Source: a virus
Lineage: Duplodnaviria > Caudoviricetes
Direction: 5' to 3' (one strand)
Length of the DNA: 55,131 nucleotides
IMG/VR virus record: IMGVR_UViG_3300046028_005522
Location: 1 to 55,131 of that record
Both the position numbers and the translations under genes were made by a program. This document shows positions 28,039 through 38,154 of the stretch, piece after piece (within the stretch, counting starts at the first letter, position 1; every line of letters starts with the position of its first letter). Below the pieces are notes generated by a model, which saw only the letters and a program-made list of their open reading frames with translations, was not told where the DNA came from and ran no database searches.

Positions 28039-28452
28039 TTATGTAGTACTATCGTATACACAATTAAATACCTGGTCTGTAGGCACGTCATGTTGCTCGT
28101 AGCCCTGCACCACCATGTCAAGATAGCTTTGGTTGGGCAGGCTGTCCTGGTTGCCGGGTTGCATGAAGTAGCATTCTGCAACAACCACTCCGCCCCGGTG
28201 TTCCACTGCAAATTGCCCGCGATTATAGTACCATGGAAAGCCTTCCAGGTTGTCTAGGCTGTTCAAGTGATACTGATCAATGCGCCACAGCACCCCATCC
28301 ACATAGGAGCCCTGGCAAGGCACTACGTCAGCATGAATAGCAAATCGGAAGGCATGATCAATCAGGCGTGCATGGCCCAGGCTCAGTGCGCCACGACAGC
28401 GAGAAGCCATGCCCTCACGATTGGTATTCATTCCATAAGCAAAATATAACAT
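28039..28452 (-). CDS. Gamma-glutamylcyclotransferase (AIG2-like)
   Basis: YFAYGMN, VDGVLW, LDNLEGFPWYY, PNQSYL. Confidence 0.88.
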   Translation of the reverse strand: MLYFAYGMNTNREGMASRCRGALSLGHARLIDHAFRFAIHADVVPCQGSYVDGVLWRIDQYHLNSLDNLEGFPWYYNRGQFAVEHRGGVVVAECYFMQPGNQDSLPNQSYLDMVVQGYEQHDVPTDQVFNCVYDSTT

Positions 28453-28459
28453 AGCCTAA

Positions 28460-28488
28460 ATTATAGCAAACTTTGATTAATTTGTCAA
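28460..28488 (-). promoter_or_regulatory. Early sigma70 promoter
   Basis: Consensus TTGACA-17nt-TATAAT with extended TG. Confidence 0.88.
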
Positions 28489-28514
28489 CTCATACAAAAG
28501 TACTACATAAATGT

Positions 28515-29174
28515 ATGGAAATTATAGTCAACGAATACTTAACTTGGGAGCGGGCCGAGCAGGCCAGTAACTGTCCAGAACCAATGTCATGCAGTAAATT
28601 CTTTCCAGAATGGTGGCGCAATCTTAAAGGCGACATACGAAGTTACTTGCCAGAATCTGGTGATCATGCCAACCACACGGCCAGAATGTGTTTGGGATTA
28701 CGTGGCATTAGTCAATTAGGGTATACCTTGCCGTTAACTGCTGACATGGATAACTTTTTTCCAGCCAGTGCAACCAAACACTGGAGATACGGTTGGTTGT
28801 TGCAAGAAATGTTGCACGGCAGTTGTTGGGCTGAAAAAAACAATGATGAATATGTATGGGGTCAACCCAGAATTGTTGCTTGGCCGTGGCGTGCCAAAAT
28901 GGCATCGGGCTGGCGCATGATGGTGAATGATTATCCATTGGCCTGGAGCAGAGATTGGCACAACTTTTCAGGTTACGTAGAAGCCAATCATTCGTCAAGT
29001 TTGTGGGGGTGGGAGGAAGAAATGGATCCCAACTACAATTACTATAACTTAGAAACTGTGTTGATCATGCGCAACTGTGAAATGAGCATTCCTACAGGCA
29101 CAGCAGTCTGTAGTTTTGTTCCGGTATATGAGCCTGGATACACTCCCAAACAAAGTCGAGGTTATCCTTTTTAA
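28515..29174 (+). CDS. Hypothetical Trp-rich protein (possibly dUTPase-like beta-clip fold)
   Basis: PEWWRNL...TARMC...GYTLP...PW...SGYV...IPTGT; start re-assigned to MEIIV. Confidence 0.55.
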   Translation: MEIIVNEYLTWERAEQASNCPEPMSCSKFFPEWWRNLKGDIRSYLPESGDHANHTARMCLGLRGISQLGYTLPLTADMDNFFPASATKHWRYGWLLQEMLHGSCWAEKNNDEYVWGQPRIVAWPWRAKMASGWRMMVNDYPLAWSRDWHNFSGYVEANHSSSLWGWEEEMDPNYNYYNLETVLIMRNCEMSIPTGTAVCSFVPVYEPGYTPKQSRGYPF

Positions 29175-29176
29175 AA

Positions 29177-29629
29177 TTAACCCGCTGTTGGTTCAAACGG
29201 TACAAAACTCCAATCAACATCAAACGTCACAGTCTGCCCATCTAAGATAGCCAAACTCCCGGTGCCCATAGTACCGCCACCGCCTGTATGCCCTGTTATG
29301 TCGTAAGGACCAAGTTCTCCATTCCATAATGGATTGCTTACAATCTGAAAATTACCAGGGTCGTACCCGCATATCAATAGGTCATTATTGGCTACTGTTA
29401 TGGTAAATTTTAGCAAGGTACCAAAATAACTTCCTGGAAGATCTATAGTAACATCTACACTGTCATCCGTGGTGGATCCAGCTACCCAATTTATTGTCGG
29501 CGACACTGTTTTATTATACGTTGACACATGCTCAAACGCTGGATTTTCTACGGTGATTGTTACTTCGGCCGGCCGTAAATTTGAAATTTTTGAAGTCTTT
29601 CGTGCATGGCATTTGAACGTCATTTCCAT
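29177..29629 (-). CDS. Hypothetical beta-rich protein
   Basis: AGGAG RBS; TAAATA at 29654-29659. Confidence 0.7.
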   Translation of the reverse strand: MEMTFKCHARKTSKISNLRPAEVTITVENPAFEHVSTYNKTVSPTINWVAGSTTDDSVDVTIDLPGSYFGTLLKFTITVANNDLLICGYDPGNFQIVSNPLWNGELGPYDITGHTGGGGTMGTGSLAILDGQTVTFDVDWSFVPFEPTAG

Positions 29630-29645
29630 TTGCTTTCTCCTACTG

Positions 29646-30761
29646 TTATTGTTTATTTATTTTCTTAATCCAATCAACAAGTACCTGTTTGTTGTGTTGG
29701 CAGATAACTTGGGAATTTTGATACAATTCTAGTTTTTGCGCCGTTGACAGCTTAGCCACACTTTTAATTGTGGAAAACATAGCACTAAACCGGTCTGGGC
29801 CGCTTAAATTGTCATAACTTTCGTCCCATAGTGTGTTAAACGTTTGAAATCCAAGATGTTGCATGCCTTTAAGAAATCCTGGAGCAGCATACACAAACTG
29901 AGGTTTTTCAGCTACCAAGGTGCGCACAGTTTTTTCACTGGGCGTAAAGGTAAATCCTTCGGTCATGGTTTCAAAAGTTATTTCAAACAGATATTGATTT
30001 CTAAAACTCAGCACACTATCAACCAATGTTGCATTGCGATTTTCGCCAGCAACATGTTTGATATATTGATCGCCCACATACACACCATCAACGCTGTTTA
30101 TCGGAGGTTGTTTCATCCAATCAAGCACCGCATCTAGATCTGGCACAATATCTGGTTGTTTCCAACGACCTATGTGATCATAGTATCGTTCAAGGCGTAG
30201 CCAGTTTGGACGATGAGCTGGTTCTGTTTCTTGCATGAGGCTTACTATGCAATCATCTTTTGTTTCAGGCATGTGAGTCATGTGCCATAGACCCAACATT
30301 CTCACAGTGGTTTTACGACCCACAAACAATGCCCAAGTTTTTAAATTTTCAAGATCTAGTTCCACAGATGGCACAAGGTATTCTTGAGCACGGTATATCT
30401 CATCAGTTATTGCACTAAATCCATTGTAAAACAAATTGACCCAGGGATGATCTTGTGTCATGTTATTTGGAGTAAACACAAAAATCTTTGAGTTGTCTCG
30501 TCCTTGTTGTGCGATCAATTGTTCAATACAGTTTCTTAGTCCACTAGCAGAAAAACTCAAACCTTCAAATCTCACATGCACTACCATATAGTGATCCAAT
30601 GGTACTTCTACAAAATTTTTAACAAATTCATACTGACTTTCCCAGTAGTCTGAACCCACATGCACATACACCAATGACAGTGGCAGTTGATTGTCATCCG
30701 GCAACTGCAAGTACCGGTTGATCAATCTATTCATTTGAAAGTGGTTGAAATCTTCAGTCAT
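29646..30761 (-). CDS. Glycosyltransferase-like protein (GT-B C-terminal motif)
   Basis: FEITFET...TPSEKTVR...PQF...GFQTF...WDESYD. Confidence 0.55.
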   Translation of the reverse strand: MTEDFNHFQMNRLINRYLQLPDDNQLPLSLVYVHVGSDYWESQYEFVKNFVEVPLDHYMVVHVRFEGLSFSASGLRNCIEQLIAQQGRDNSKIFVFTPNNMTQDHPWVNLFYNGFSAITDEIYRAQEYLVPSVELDLENLKTWALFVGRKTTVRMLGLWHMTHMPETKDDCIVSLMQETEPAHRPNWLRLERYYDHIGRWKQPDIVPDLDAVLDWMKQPPINSVDGVYVGDQYIKHVAGENRNATLVDSVLSFRNQYLFEITFETMTEGFTFTPSEKTVRTLVAEKPQFVYAAPGFLKGMQHLGFQTFNTLWDESYDNLSGPDRFSAMFSTIKSVAKLSTAQKLELYQNSQVICQHNKQVLVDWIKKINKQ

Positions 30762-31603
30762 CTAAATTTTACCAATCGTGAATGTGGCACATAGCAGTCG
30801 TCCTGGCTGGTAGGGCACTGACGACAGATCATATGTGGTTGCCCAAAGTTATCGGCAAACTGTTGAATATCTTCTGCACTGCTTTCTAATCCCACACTGC
30901 CGTTTGTGTTGTTGTTAAAATATTGATCCCATTGGTCTTTATTAGGTGAACCATAGCGAGCCAGTGCATCCGGCAATAGGGCACTGGTACTGCATTTGTA
31001 TATTCTTCCGTGATACAACAACGGACAAGTGGTTTGATGACAGTTGGCAAAAGCTGACAAGGGATCAGAATTCCAGGGCCGTGCAGTTTCGTATGTGCCA
31101 TGGAATGTTTGTGTGAAAATTTCTGGTCGGTTGATCTGAAATCTCAATCCTGTTTCAGTACGCCAACGATCTATACCGTATTCATGCACTGGTTGCCAAT
31201 CATACGCAGACCATACTCGTTCGATGCTGGTTTCAAGTTCAGGATGATCTAGGTGCGCTGTGATTTTTAGTGTGGCATTACCATCTTGATACAACCAATC
31301 AACCACATCCCAGTGTTTGTGCAACAACAACCCATTGGTAGGAAAACGTATCTTGCTGTTGGGAAACATAGATCTTACGTCCCGAAGCAACTGCATGATG
31401 TCAGGATATATCAACGGTTCGCCGCCCATAGGTCCTATGTCTTCAATATCAAACTTTTGTTGCCATTGTTCCAGCCAAGATCGAATTTCAGACCAAGGTG
31501 TGTATCCACGACTGGGTATGTCACTGTATGTACTGCACCCCTGGCACACAAGGTTACAAACTGAACTCAACATGAGTTCTAAAAATGGTAGTTGAGGTTT
31601 CAT
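30758..31603 (-). CDS. Radical SAM protein with C-terminal Cys cluster
   Basis: CNLVCQGC, MGGEPL, PTNGLL; C...C...YKC...CRQC. Confidence 0.9.
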   Translation of the reverse strand: MKPQLPFLELMLSSVCNLVCQGCSTYSDIPSRGYTPWSEIRSWLEQWQQKFDIEDIGPMGGEPLIYPDIMQLLRDVRSMFPNSKIRFPTNGLLLHKHWDVVDWLYQDGNATLKITAHLDHPELETSIERVWSAYDWQPVHEYGIDRWRTETGLRFQINRPEIFTQTFHGTYETARPWNSDPLSAFANCHQTTCPLLYHGRIYKCSTSALLPDALARYGSPNKDQWDQYFNNNTNGSVGLESSAEDIQQFADNFGQPHMICRQCPTSQDDCYVPHSRLVKFR

Positions 31604-32340
31604 TTCCAAAAATTTTCTATTATGGGATCTTGAATTTGATGTGGTTTGGGCTGGCCGTGAAATACCAATGCACATGCGTCTGGATCAATGTGTGTGCCAG
31701 ACCCTGGAGTGTTTTGTTTTCTCAATTGAAAATTCATACCTCCGTCCCAGGCCTGCCAGCGCCAGCTTTGAAAACGTTTTACATCAAAATATCTTTTTTT
31801 GTTGTGATCAATGGTGGCATTAATAAAGTCTTGGTCACCTTGCCAGCGACGAATCACAGCGTCATGCCCTTGCCGATTGAACTCGTCCCACACCCAAGAA
31901 AACTTAGAAACATTCCACCACATCACACTGCTGTTCATGCTGTTCCATGAAGGACGCTGTAGGTATCTAAAATCTTTGAGAGTCCAAAAGTAATCAGTGT
32001 GCAGTTGGGTTATCCACGTCAGGTCTGCAACAATCACACAGTCTAAATCAAAGTACAAAAAATTGTCCAGGTGGTGCGCAGGATTAAACATCTGTATCTT
32101 GTACCACCAAGACTTTTTGGGTCCAGCAATTCCTGGCCAATCTTCCAGCACATGTTTTACCATGTGTGGCGGCACTGACCTATCATGCTCTGTAAAAACA
32201 TGTAACCTTGCACCGCCAGGCATCCAACGATTCAGCATGTTATGCAATCGTTCAACGTAAATCCAATCGTAGCCCGAGCTGTGTATTACACAGGCGCAAT
32301 CAGTCACTTGATCAGTGCGGGTTCTATTCTTTTTAGCCAT
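31600..32340 (-). CDS. GT-A glycosyltransferase (GT8-like)
   Basis: WWYKI, LYFDLD, NSSVM, GDQDFI, VFHGQPKP. Confidence 0.85.
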   Translation of the reverse strand: MAKKNRTRTDQVTDCACVIHSSGYDWIYVERLHNMLNRWMPGGARLHVFTEHDRSVPPHMVKHVLEDWPGIAGPKKSWWYKIQMFNPAHHLDNFLYFDLDCVIVADLTWITQLHTDYFWTLKDFRYLQRPSWNSMNSSVMWWNVSKFSWVWDEFNRQGHDAVIRRWQGDQDFINATIDHNKKRYFDVKRFQSWRWQAWDGGMNFQLRKQNTPGSGTHIDPDACALVFHGQPKPHQIQDPIIENFWK

Positions 32341-33152
32341 GTTCCTGTGCGTATTTCAGTAAGTGTGTACTCAGTGTGGCAGATCTCTACCAGCCACTGA
32401 TCTCGATTGATATCGTAAGACTTTTCTATGTTGACCAGGCTCATGCCTACAGGGGCTGCCAAACTGCTCCCATGCACAATGGGTCTACATCCTGCAATAG
32501 CTGCCTGCACACCAGGTCCTGAATTGTGGTTGACCACTGCATGATAGTTAAAACGCATGTCAAAGCTGTCATAGGTGCCAGCAACTGGACGAGGTTGTTC
32601 CACTGTGACATCAGGTGGCAACTGACTCAAGTTCAGTCGATTGCGTGGATGTGGGCGTATACTGATGGGCCGATCAGTGTGCTGTCTTACCAATTTAATT
32701 TGATCTAATACCCATTGTGTCATGTCCATACCAGCGACTTGTAAACTACGAGCATGTTGGGCAGCAATAACCACATTGGGACTGGAGTTAAAAGTTATGG
32801 CCTGGCTGACATTCAGTGTGCGTGGTCGGTCCCAATCTAAATTTTCTTCGTGTCCGTAGTATCCATCTCTTGTGATATTGTTTACTGCTATCTTCCAAGT
32901 TTGCCCACGATACAGCGCACCAATTTCCAAAACAATTACTGGTTTGTTTTGACTGCGATAGTGTTCGTATACTGCTTGATTTGGTGCCATACGTCCTGCC
33001 CAAAGCACTGACCAAATCACAGCCGCATCAGCAGTCATTGAATTTTCTTGTGTTTGTATACCACATGATTGCAAAAGATCCAAGACAGCTGACATAACAG
33101 GCCTACTGTTTTGGGCACATTGAGAAGGAAAATAGGCTATGTTATTGATCAT
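32304..33152 (-). CDS. KpsS/KpsC-like GT-B capsule biosynthesis protein
   Basis: LEIG, IRPHP, VNHNSGPGVQAAIAGC. Confidence 0.6.
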   Translation of the reverse strand: MINNIAYFPSQCAQNSRPVMSAVLDLLQSCGIQTQENSMTADAAVIWSVLWAGRMAPNQAVYEHYRSQNKPVIVLEIGALYRGQTWKIAVNNITRDGYYGHEENLDWDRPRTLNVSQAITFNSSPNVVIAAQHARSLQVAGMDMTQWVLDQIKLVRQHTDRPISIRPHPRNRLNLSQLPPDVTVEQPRPVAGTYDSFDMRFNYHAVVNHNSGPGVQAAIAGCRPIVHGSSLAAPVGMSLVNIEKSYDINRDQWLVEICHTEYTLTEIRTGTWLKRIEPALIK

Positions 33153-33163
33153 AAGTATGTGAG

Positions 33164-33958
33164 ATGAAATACACTGTAATTACCACGTTTAATGCGGACG
33201 GTTACGCAAAGTACGGCCAGCGCATGATACAAACATTTTTGCAAAACTGGCCAGTTGATCTGGTTGTGTATGCAGAAGGGTGCATGATAAATGAAACAGC
33301 ACCCAACCTTGAAACACGTGATATTGATGTAGTCACTGAACTCACTGCATTCAAACAACAATGGCTGGGTGTGCCCAAAGCCAATGGAGATGTCAGTGCA
33401 GATCCTGTTAGATCAAAACGTAAGGATTCAGGAAAAGGATTTAAGTGGGACGCTGTGAGATTTGCTCACAAGGTCTACAGCATTTTCCATTGTGCAAAAA
33501 ACACACAGACTGATTGGCTGATTTGGATGGATGCAGACACAGTGTGTCATAGTGCAATCACTCATGCTGATTTGGCAAGATTATGTCCAGATGCTGTGGA
33601 CCTTTGTTTCTTAGGTCGGCGTGGAAAATTCAGCGAGTGCGGACTGTATGCTATGAATCTTAAAAGCCTCCGCACAAGAGATTTTTTAACGCAGTTTCAA
33701 CAATACTACAACAATGCAGAGCAAGGTATTTTTACATTGGCAGAATGGCACGACTCGTTTGTGTTTGATGCAGTAAGAAGTCACTTGCCACTGATAGAAC
33801 TTGATTGGTCAAGTCACTTGATCACAGGCGAAGGTCATCCACTCATTAACTCAGAGTGGGGCGCCTGGCTAGATCATCTCAAAGGCAAGCGCAAGACCAC
33901 AGGACGCAGTCCTGCTAGTGACCTAAAAGTCCCAAGAACAGAGGCATATTGGCAATGA
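33164..33958 (+). CDS. GT-A glycosyltransferase-like protein
   Basis: AVRFAHKV, IWMDAD, SECG, EWHDSFVF, HLKG. Confidence 0.75.
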   Translation: MKYTVITTFNADGYAKYGQRMIQTFLQNWPVDLVVYAEGCMINETAPNLETRDIDVVTELTAFKQQWLGVPKANGDVSADPVRSKRKDSGKGFKWDAVRFAHKVYSIFHCAKNTQTDWLIWMDADTVCHSAITHADLARLCPDAVDLCFLGRRGKFSECGLYAMNLKSLRTRDFLTQFQQYYNNAEQGIFTLAEWHDSFVFDAVRSHLPLIELDWSSHLITGEGHPLINSEWGAWLDHLKGKRKTTGRSPASDLKVPRTEAYWQ

Positions 33959-34764
33959 ACTGGATCTACCTTAACAAAAATAACGAAGACCAATACATAG
34001 AAATGTTTGCACATGGCAGTCAACGTAGCACTACTCAGTTGGAAACGTGGAACTATGATGACAGCAATGATCCTATTGTGTTGCGCGGTATTATGAAACA
34101 CAAGATATTCAAACGCTGCTGGGAAGATAACAGACCGTTTAGATATATGGATACAGGATACTTTGGTAACAGAGCAAATTTTCGAAATCCACATGGTGTA
34201 AAAATGTGGCATCGAATAGTGGACAACAATTTGCAACACGGAAAAATTATTTCACGCCCTGATGATAGATGGAAACAGTTTAACATCAACATCAATCCTC
34301 GTCACACAGGTCGCAACATTGTGATTGTGATGCCTGAAGATAAACCTTGTATTGTGTATGGTACCACAGCTCAACAATGGTTAGATGAAACTTTGGCAAC
34401 AGTTAAACAACACACAGATAGACCTATTGTGGTACGTGAACGAAATAAAAATCGACAGGTCAGAGAAGCTGTACCATTTACCAGTTTGTTAAAAGATGCA
34501 CATGCTGTAATTGTATATAATAGTATTGCAGCCACAGAATCAGTGTTGGGAGGAGTACCGGCGTTTGTTTGTGCTCCAAGCAATGCAGCAGATCCGGTTG
34601 CCAACAGAGATCTTGCTAAAATTGAAGATCCTTGGTTTCCAGATTTGGATCTAGTGCGTGCATGGGCGTGTCATCTGGCTTATGGTCAATTCCACAATCG
34701 AGAACTTAGAGATGGCACAGCCGCAAGGATATTAGACAAAAACAAGGAGTTAAGTTATGCATGA
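33949..34764 (+). CDS. KpsS/KpsC-like GT-B protein
   Basis: YMDTGYFG, RPIVVR, YNSIAATESVLGGVP, LAYGQF. Confidence 0.6.
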   Translation: MAMNWIYLNKNNEDQYIEMFAHGSQRSTTQLETWNYDDSNDPIVLRGIMKHKIFKRCWEDNRPFRYMDTGYFGNRANFRNPHGVKMWHRIVDNNLQHGKIISRPDDRWKQFNININPRHTGRNIVIVMPEDKPCIVYGTTAQQWLDETLATVKQHTDRPIVVRERNKNRQVREAVPFTSLLKDAHAVIVYNSIAATESVLGGVPAFVCAPSNAADPVANRDLAKIEDPWFPDLDLVRAWACHLAYGQFHNRELRDGTAARILDKNKELSYA

Positions 34765-35407
34765 ACATTATGGTTGGTACTTTCCCAACTTTGAAACACA
34801 CTTTCCCAAGATGCTAAAGAAAAGCGTTGACAAAGGACTACCACCAGAATACCAAATTGCTGTACGCCGCCGCAGTATTGGGCTGTGCGCCAAACGCAGA
34901 ACTGCACTAGACATTGGTGCCAATGTGGGATTATGGAGTCGAGACCTAGTAGATAATTTTGCCAAGGTCGTTGCGTTTGAGCCTGTGGCTATCTTTAGAG
35001 AATGCTTGGAAAAGAACGTGACAGGTGCTAACTTTTTTATCAGTCCACTGGCCCTGGGCGATCACGATACTCAAGCCACCATGATCATTACAGAAGGCAA
35101 CAGTGGTCACAGTCACTTGGATCCAGCCACATTAGGTACTGGCGATGTGCAAGTGGTAAAACTTGATAACCTAAACATGGAAGATGTAGACTATATAAAG
35201 ATAGACTGCGAAGGCTATGAATATCGTGTGTTGCAAGGTGCAGAACAAACTGTAAAACGTTGTAGGCCTATCATGGTGATAGAACAAAAGCCACATGATG
35301 CCTACAGCAAAGACTATGGACAATTTGCTGCCATAGAGTTGCTAGAATCATGGGGCATGATCAAGCTAGATCAAATTAGAGATGATTGGATTATGGGATG
35401 GAACTAA
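34757..35407 (+). CDS. FkbM-family methyltransferase
   Basis: LDIGANVG, AFEP, IKIDCEGYE. Confidence 0.9.
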   Translation: MHEHYGWYFPNFETHFPKMLKKSVDKGLPPEYQIAVRRRSIGLCAKRRTALDIGANVGLWSRDLVDNFAKVVAFEPVAIFRECLEKNVTGANFFISPLALGDHDTQATMIITEGNSGHSHLDPATLGTGDVQVVKLDNLNMEDVDYIKIDCEGYEYRVLQGAEQTVKRCRPIMVIEQKPHDAYSKDYGQFAAIELLESWGMIKLDQIRDDWIMGWN

Positions 35408-36033
35408 ACACAATTGAAAACCCTGATAAGGGTGCCGAGGATTCTGCAGCCTGGGCTGTTAAATGGACCAAGGATAGATATATTGCCAAACACCGAGCAA
35501 GTTTTGAGATAGTGGATGCTTATCTCAATCAACCCGTTGGGCGATTGCTGGACATTGGATGTGGCTTTGCTTGGCAAAGCCGCTGGTTTAATGAAAAATA
35601 CGGTACAGAGCTTTGGTTGTTGGATGGAGATGCCAGCACCAATGCTACCAAATCTGAAACTGCCAGTTACGGCAACTGGAATACAGATCCCAACCAATTA
35701 AAATTTTATCACACATTTGATTTTTTAAATTCAAAACTACAAGAACTTGGCACAAAGAACTATCAACTGATTGATGCAAACAACATCAACATCCCCAGTG
35801 ATGTTAAGTTTGATGTTATTACGTCATGGCTCAGTTGTGGACATCACTATCCTGTAAAAACTTACATAGAGTTGATGAAGAAACATTCACATGAAAACAC
35901 TAGAATTATTTTAGACATTAGATGCAAGGGCACAGCCACAAACTACATTGGGGTGGATGGATTTGAAGTTGTAAATGTTGTAAGTAACGCAGGTGGCAAA
36001 AAACGAGCCACTGTGGAAATAAAGTTGTTATGA
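35398..36033 (+). CDS. Class I SAM methyltransferase
   Basis: LLDIGCG, LLD, FDVITSWLSCGHHYP. Confidence 0.8.
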   Translation: MELNTIENPDKGAEDSAAWAVKWTKDRYIAKHRASFEIVDAYLNQPVGRLLDIGCGFAWQSRWFNEKYGTELWLLDGDASTNATKSETASYGNWNTDPNQLKFYHTFDFLNSKLQELGTKNYQLIDANNINIPSDVKFDVITSWLSCGHHYPVKTYIELMKKHSHENTRIILDIRCKGTATNYIGVDGFEVVNVVSNAGGKKRATVEIKLL

Positions 36034-36680
36034 GTCCGTATTACTTAGAGTCAGTTCAGCAAGGCGCAGAGTTCCAAAAAAACAACAAAAGCTGGGCTGG
36101 CTACGATGTAGTCAAGTATCAAATGAAAATCAAAGATTTGGTTGTTCGATACCGTGCCAAAACTATCTTGGATTATGGTTGCGGCAAAGGATTACAGTAC
36201 AAAGAGCCGTTGCCTTACGCAGGCGAAGATAATTGGCAAACATTTAATGAGTACCTGGGTGTTACTGTTTACAAATATGACCCGTGTGTTCCTGAGCACT
36301 CTACGTTGCCGCCAGTTGGTACAAAGTTTGATGGTGTTATCTGCACACAAGTGCTAAACAGCATACCAGATGATGACATGCCGTGGGTACGTGATTTGTT
36401 AGAAAACTATGCAACAAAGTTTTGTTTTGTTGGGCTAAACTTTCAACGAGAAGCCAAAGGCAAAAAGACCATGTATAATCCTGAATACTTCAAACTACCT
36501 AGAACTAGAGAGTTCTTCCGCAGTTACTTTACAGACTGGAAGGGTAGTGATTTGTTTTGGTGGTGGAAAGACCGCTTACGCTATCCTGAATGGATGGATG
36601 ATCAATTGAATGGCACATGGAAAGATGTGCCAGACACCTTTGAAAGCAAATACAAATACGTAGAGGTAAACCACAGATGA
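36030..36680 (+). CDS. Class I SAM methyltransferase
   Basis: ILDYGCGKG, YDP, FDGVICTQVL. Confidence 0.82.
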   Translation: MSPYYLESVQQGAEFQKNNKSWAGYDVVKYQMKIKDLVVRYRAKTILDYGCGKGLQYKEPLPYAGEDNWQTFNEYLGVTVYKYDPCVPEHSTLPPVGTKFDGVICTQVLNSIPDDDMPWVRDLLENYATKFCFVGLNFQREAKGKKTMYNPEYFKLPRTREFFRSYFTDWKGSDLFWWWKDRLRYPEWMDDQLNGTWKDVPDTFESKYKYVEVNHR

Positions 36681-37237
36681 CCATAATTAATCTTGACTAT
36701 CAAGCACAATTGTCTGAAATGCACAGCAAAGGACAATTTGTTCGTGGTGGCAAATTATTAAAATCCCTAAATCCATTTTTAAAACAATACCAGCCTACAA
36801 GTGTGCTAGACTACGGATGCGGGCATGGGGGGTTGATGGCCGCATTAAAAGAAGCATACCCAACCATGCAGGTAGAAGGGTACGATCCAGGCAATCCCGA
36901 ACATAATCGTATGCCGAAACGATCTTTTGATGCAGTGATCAGCGGTGACGTATTTGAACACATTGAGCCAGAACATTTAGATGCTACACTACAATTGATC
37001 AGCAGCAAAATATTGCGTTGTGGATGGTTTAGAATTGCCTGCTACCCAGCAAAAAAACATTTGCCCGACGGTCGTAATGCACACCTTATCATTGAGTCTC
37101 CTGATTGGTGGCGCACTAAGATATTGTCTAACATGCAGGTAAGCATTGTTCACGAACATGTTATTGTTGTTGACAAAAGTCATAAATGGCCCGGCATTGT
37201 TGGCCAAAACTATGACGTTGTTGTTACAAAACTCTAA
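36677..37237 (+). CDS. Class I SAM methyltransferase
   Basis: VLDYGCGHG, GYDP, DVFEHIEP, NAHL. Confidence 0.85.
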   Translation: MTIINLDYQAQLSEMHSKGQFVRGGKLLKSLNPFLKQYQPTSVLDYGCGHGGLMAALKEAYPTMQVEGYDPGNPEHNRMPKRSFDAVISGDVFEHIEPEHLDATLQLISSKILRCGWFRIACYPAKKHLPDGRNAHLIIESPDWWRTKILSNMQVSIVHEHVIVVDKSHKWPGIVGQNYDVVVTKL

Positions 37238-38154
37238 CGCAGATACGGTAAAAACTTTTGATAGATTAGTCCTGCACGGCCATCTGCATCCGACCAGTGT
37301 GCTGCCGCAAGATCATTGAGCCATTGTGATCTATCAAAGGCCTGCGGAGACTCTAGGTTGGCAATGTTCTTATTGGCTACTGACCAACTCACACAGCTCT
37401 GATCGTCAACAAACACTGGAATGTTAGCACACACAGCAGCCACACTGGCTGAACTGTTAAAAAACACAGCAGCATGAGCATTTTGTAAATCTTGCAACAA
37501 CGAACTTTTTGTTGGATCTACCACTGTTACTCTAGGTATATTTCGAAACTTTCTAAAGTCTTGCAAACGATAAGCGCCTGGATGTGGTCTTACCACTATT
37601 GGCCGTTTGGTATATTCTTTGATCAGCGTAATTTTGTTTTCTAGCCATCGAATGGGATCCAATGTTTTCATTGCAAATCCGCCGTCTCTCTGCATGCAGA
37701 TCAATACATGGCCATTGGGTTTGACAACTGGCGCTTCAATCAGTGGCACATTGATAGTGTTACGAATTTCATTCCACTTGGTAGCATCACTATTACCATT
37801 GGCATACTCTGCACGATCATAAAATGGGCCGCCGATGCTGTATCTCAAATAAGTTCCTTGATCATCCAGATATTTCCAACAACTGGCATCAATGCACATT
37901 GTTTTCAACCCTTGACGTTGCTGTTCAGCAATGATTTGTTTACGTAAGGCTATATTTGGACCGCCAGTATTGGTGGTTGCCCATCCCAACATCACAGCCA
38001 ATCTACTGGGTGTGTATTTGTGATCCCACTCTACTACCACATTGCCGCCTGAGTTTTTAACTCCGGCAGCAAAACTTTCCAAGCATTCAATTTTCCTTGA
38101 ATGTTTGCGAGGATTGGCAACAGAACTAATGTATACTACTGCATCAATGGTCAT
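37234..38154 (-). CDS. KpsS/KpsC-like GT-B protein
   Basis: LICMQ, RPIVVRPHP, FNSSASVAAVCANIP. Confidence 0.6.
   Translation of the reverse strand: MTIDAVVYISSVANPRKHSRKIECLESFAAGVKNSGGNVVVEWDHKYTPSRLAVMLGWATTNTGGPNIALRKQIIAEQQRQGLKTMCIDASCWKYLDDQGTYLRYSIGGPFYDRAEYANGNSDATKWNEIRNTINVPLIEAPVVKPNGHVLICMQRDGGFAMKTLDPIRWLENKITLIKEYTKRPIVVRPHPGAYRLQDFRKFRNIPRVTVVDPTKSSLLQDLQNAHAAVFFNSSASVAAVCANIPVFVDDQSCVSWSVANKNIANLESPQAFDRSQWLNDLAAAHWSDADGRAGLIYQKFLPYLR

Noticed and set aside
28041-28508. 10-bp inverted repeat ATGTAGTACT/AGTACTACAT flanking the GGCT gene
   Set aside because: Too short, partly self-palindromic, and no invertase or transposase nearby.
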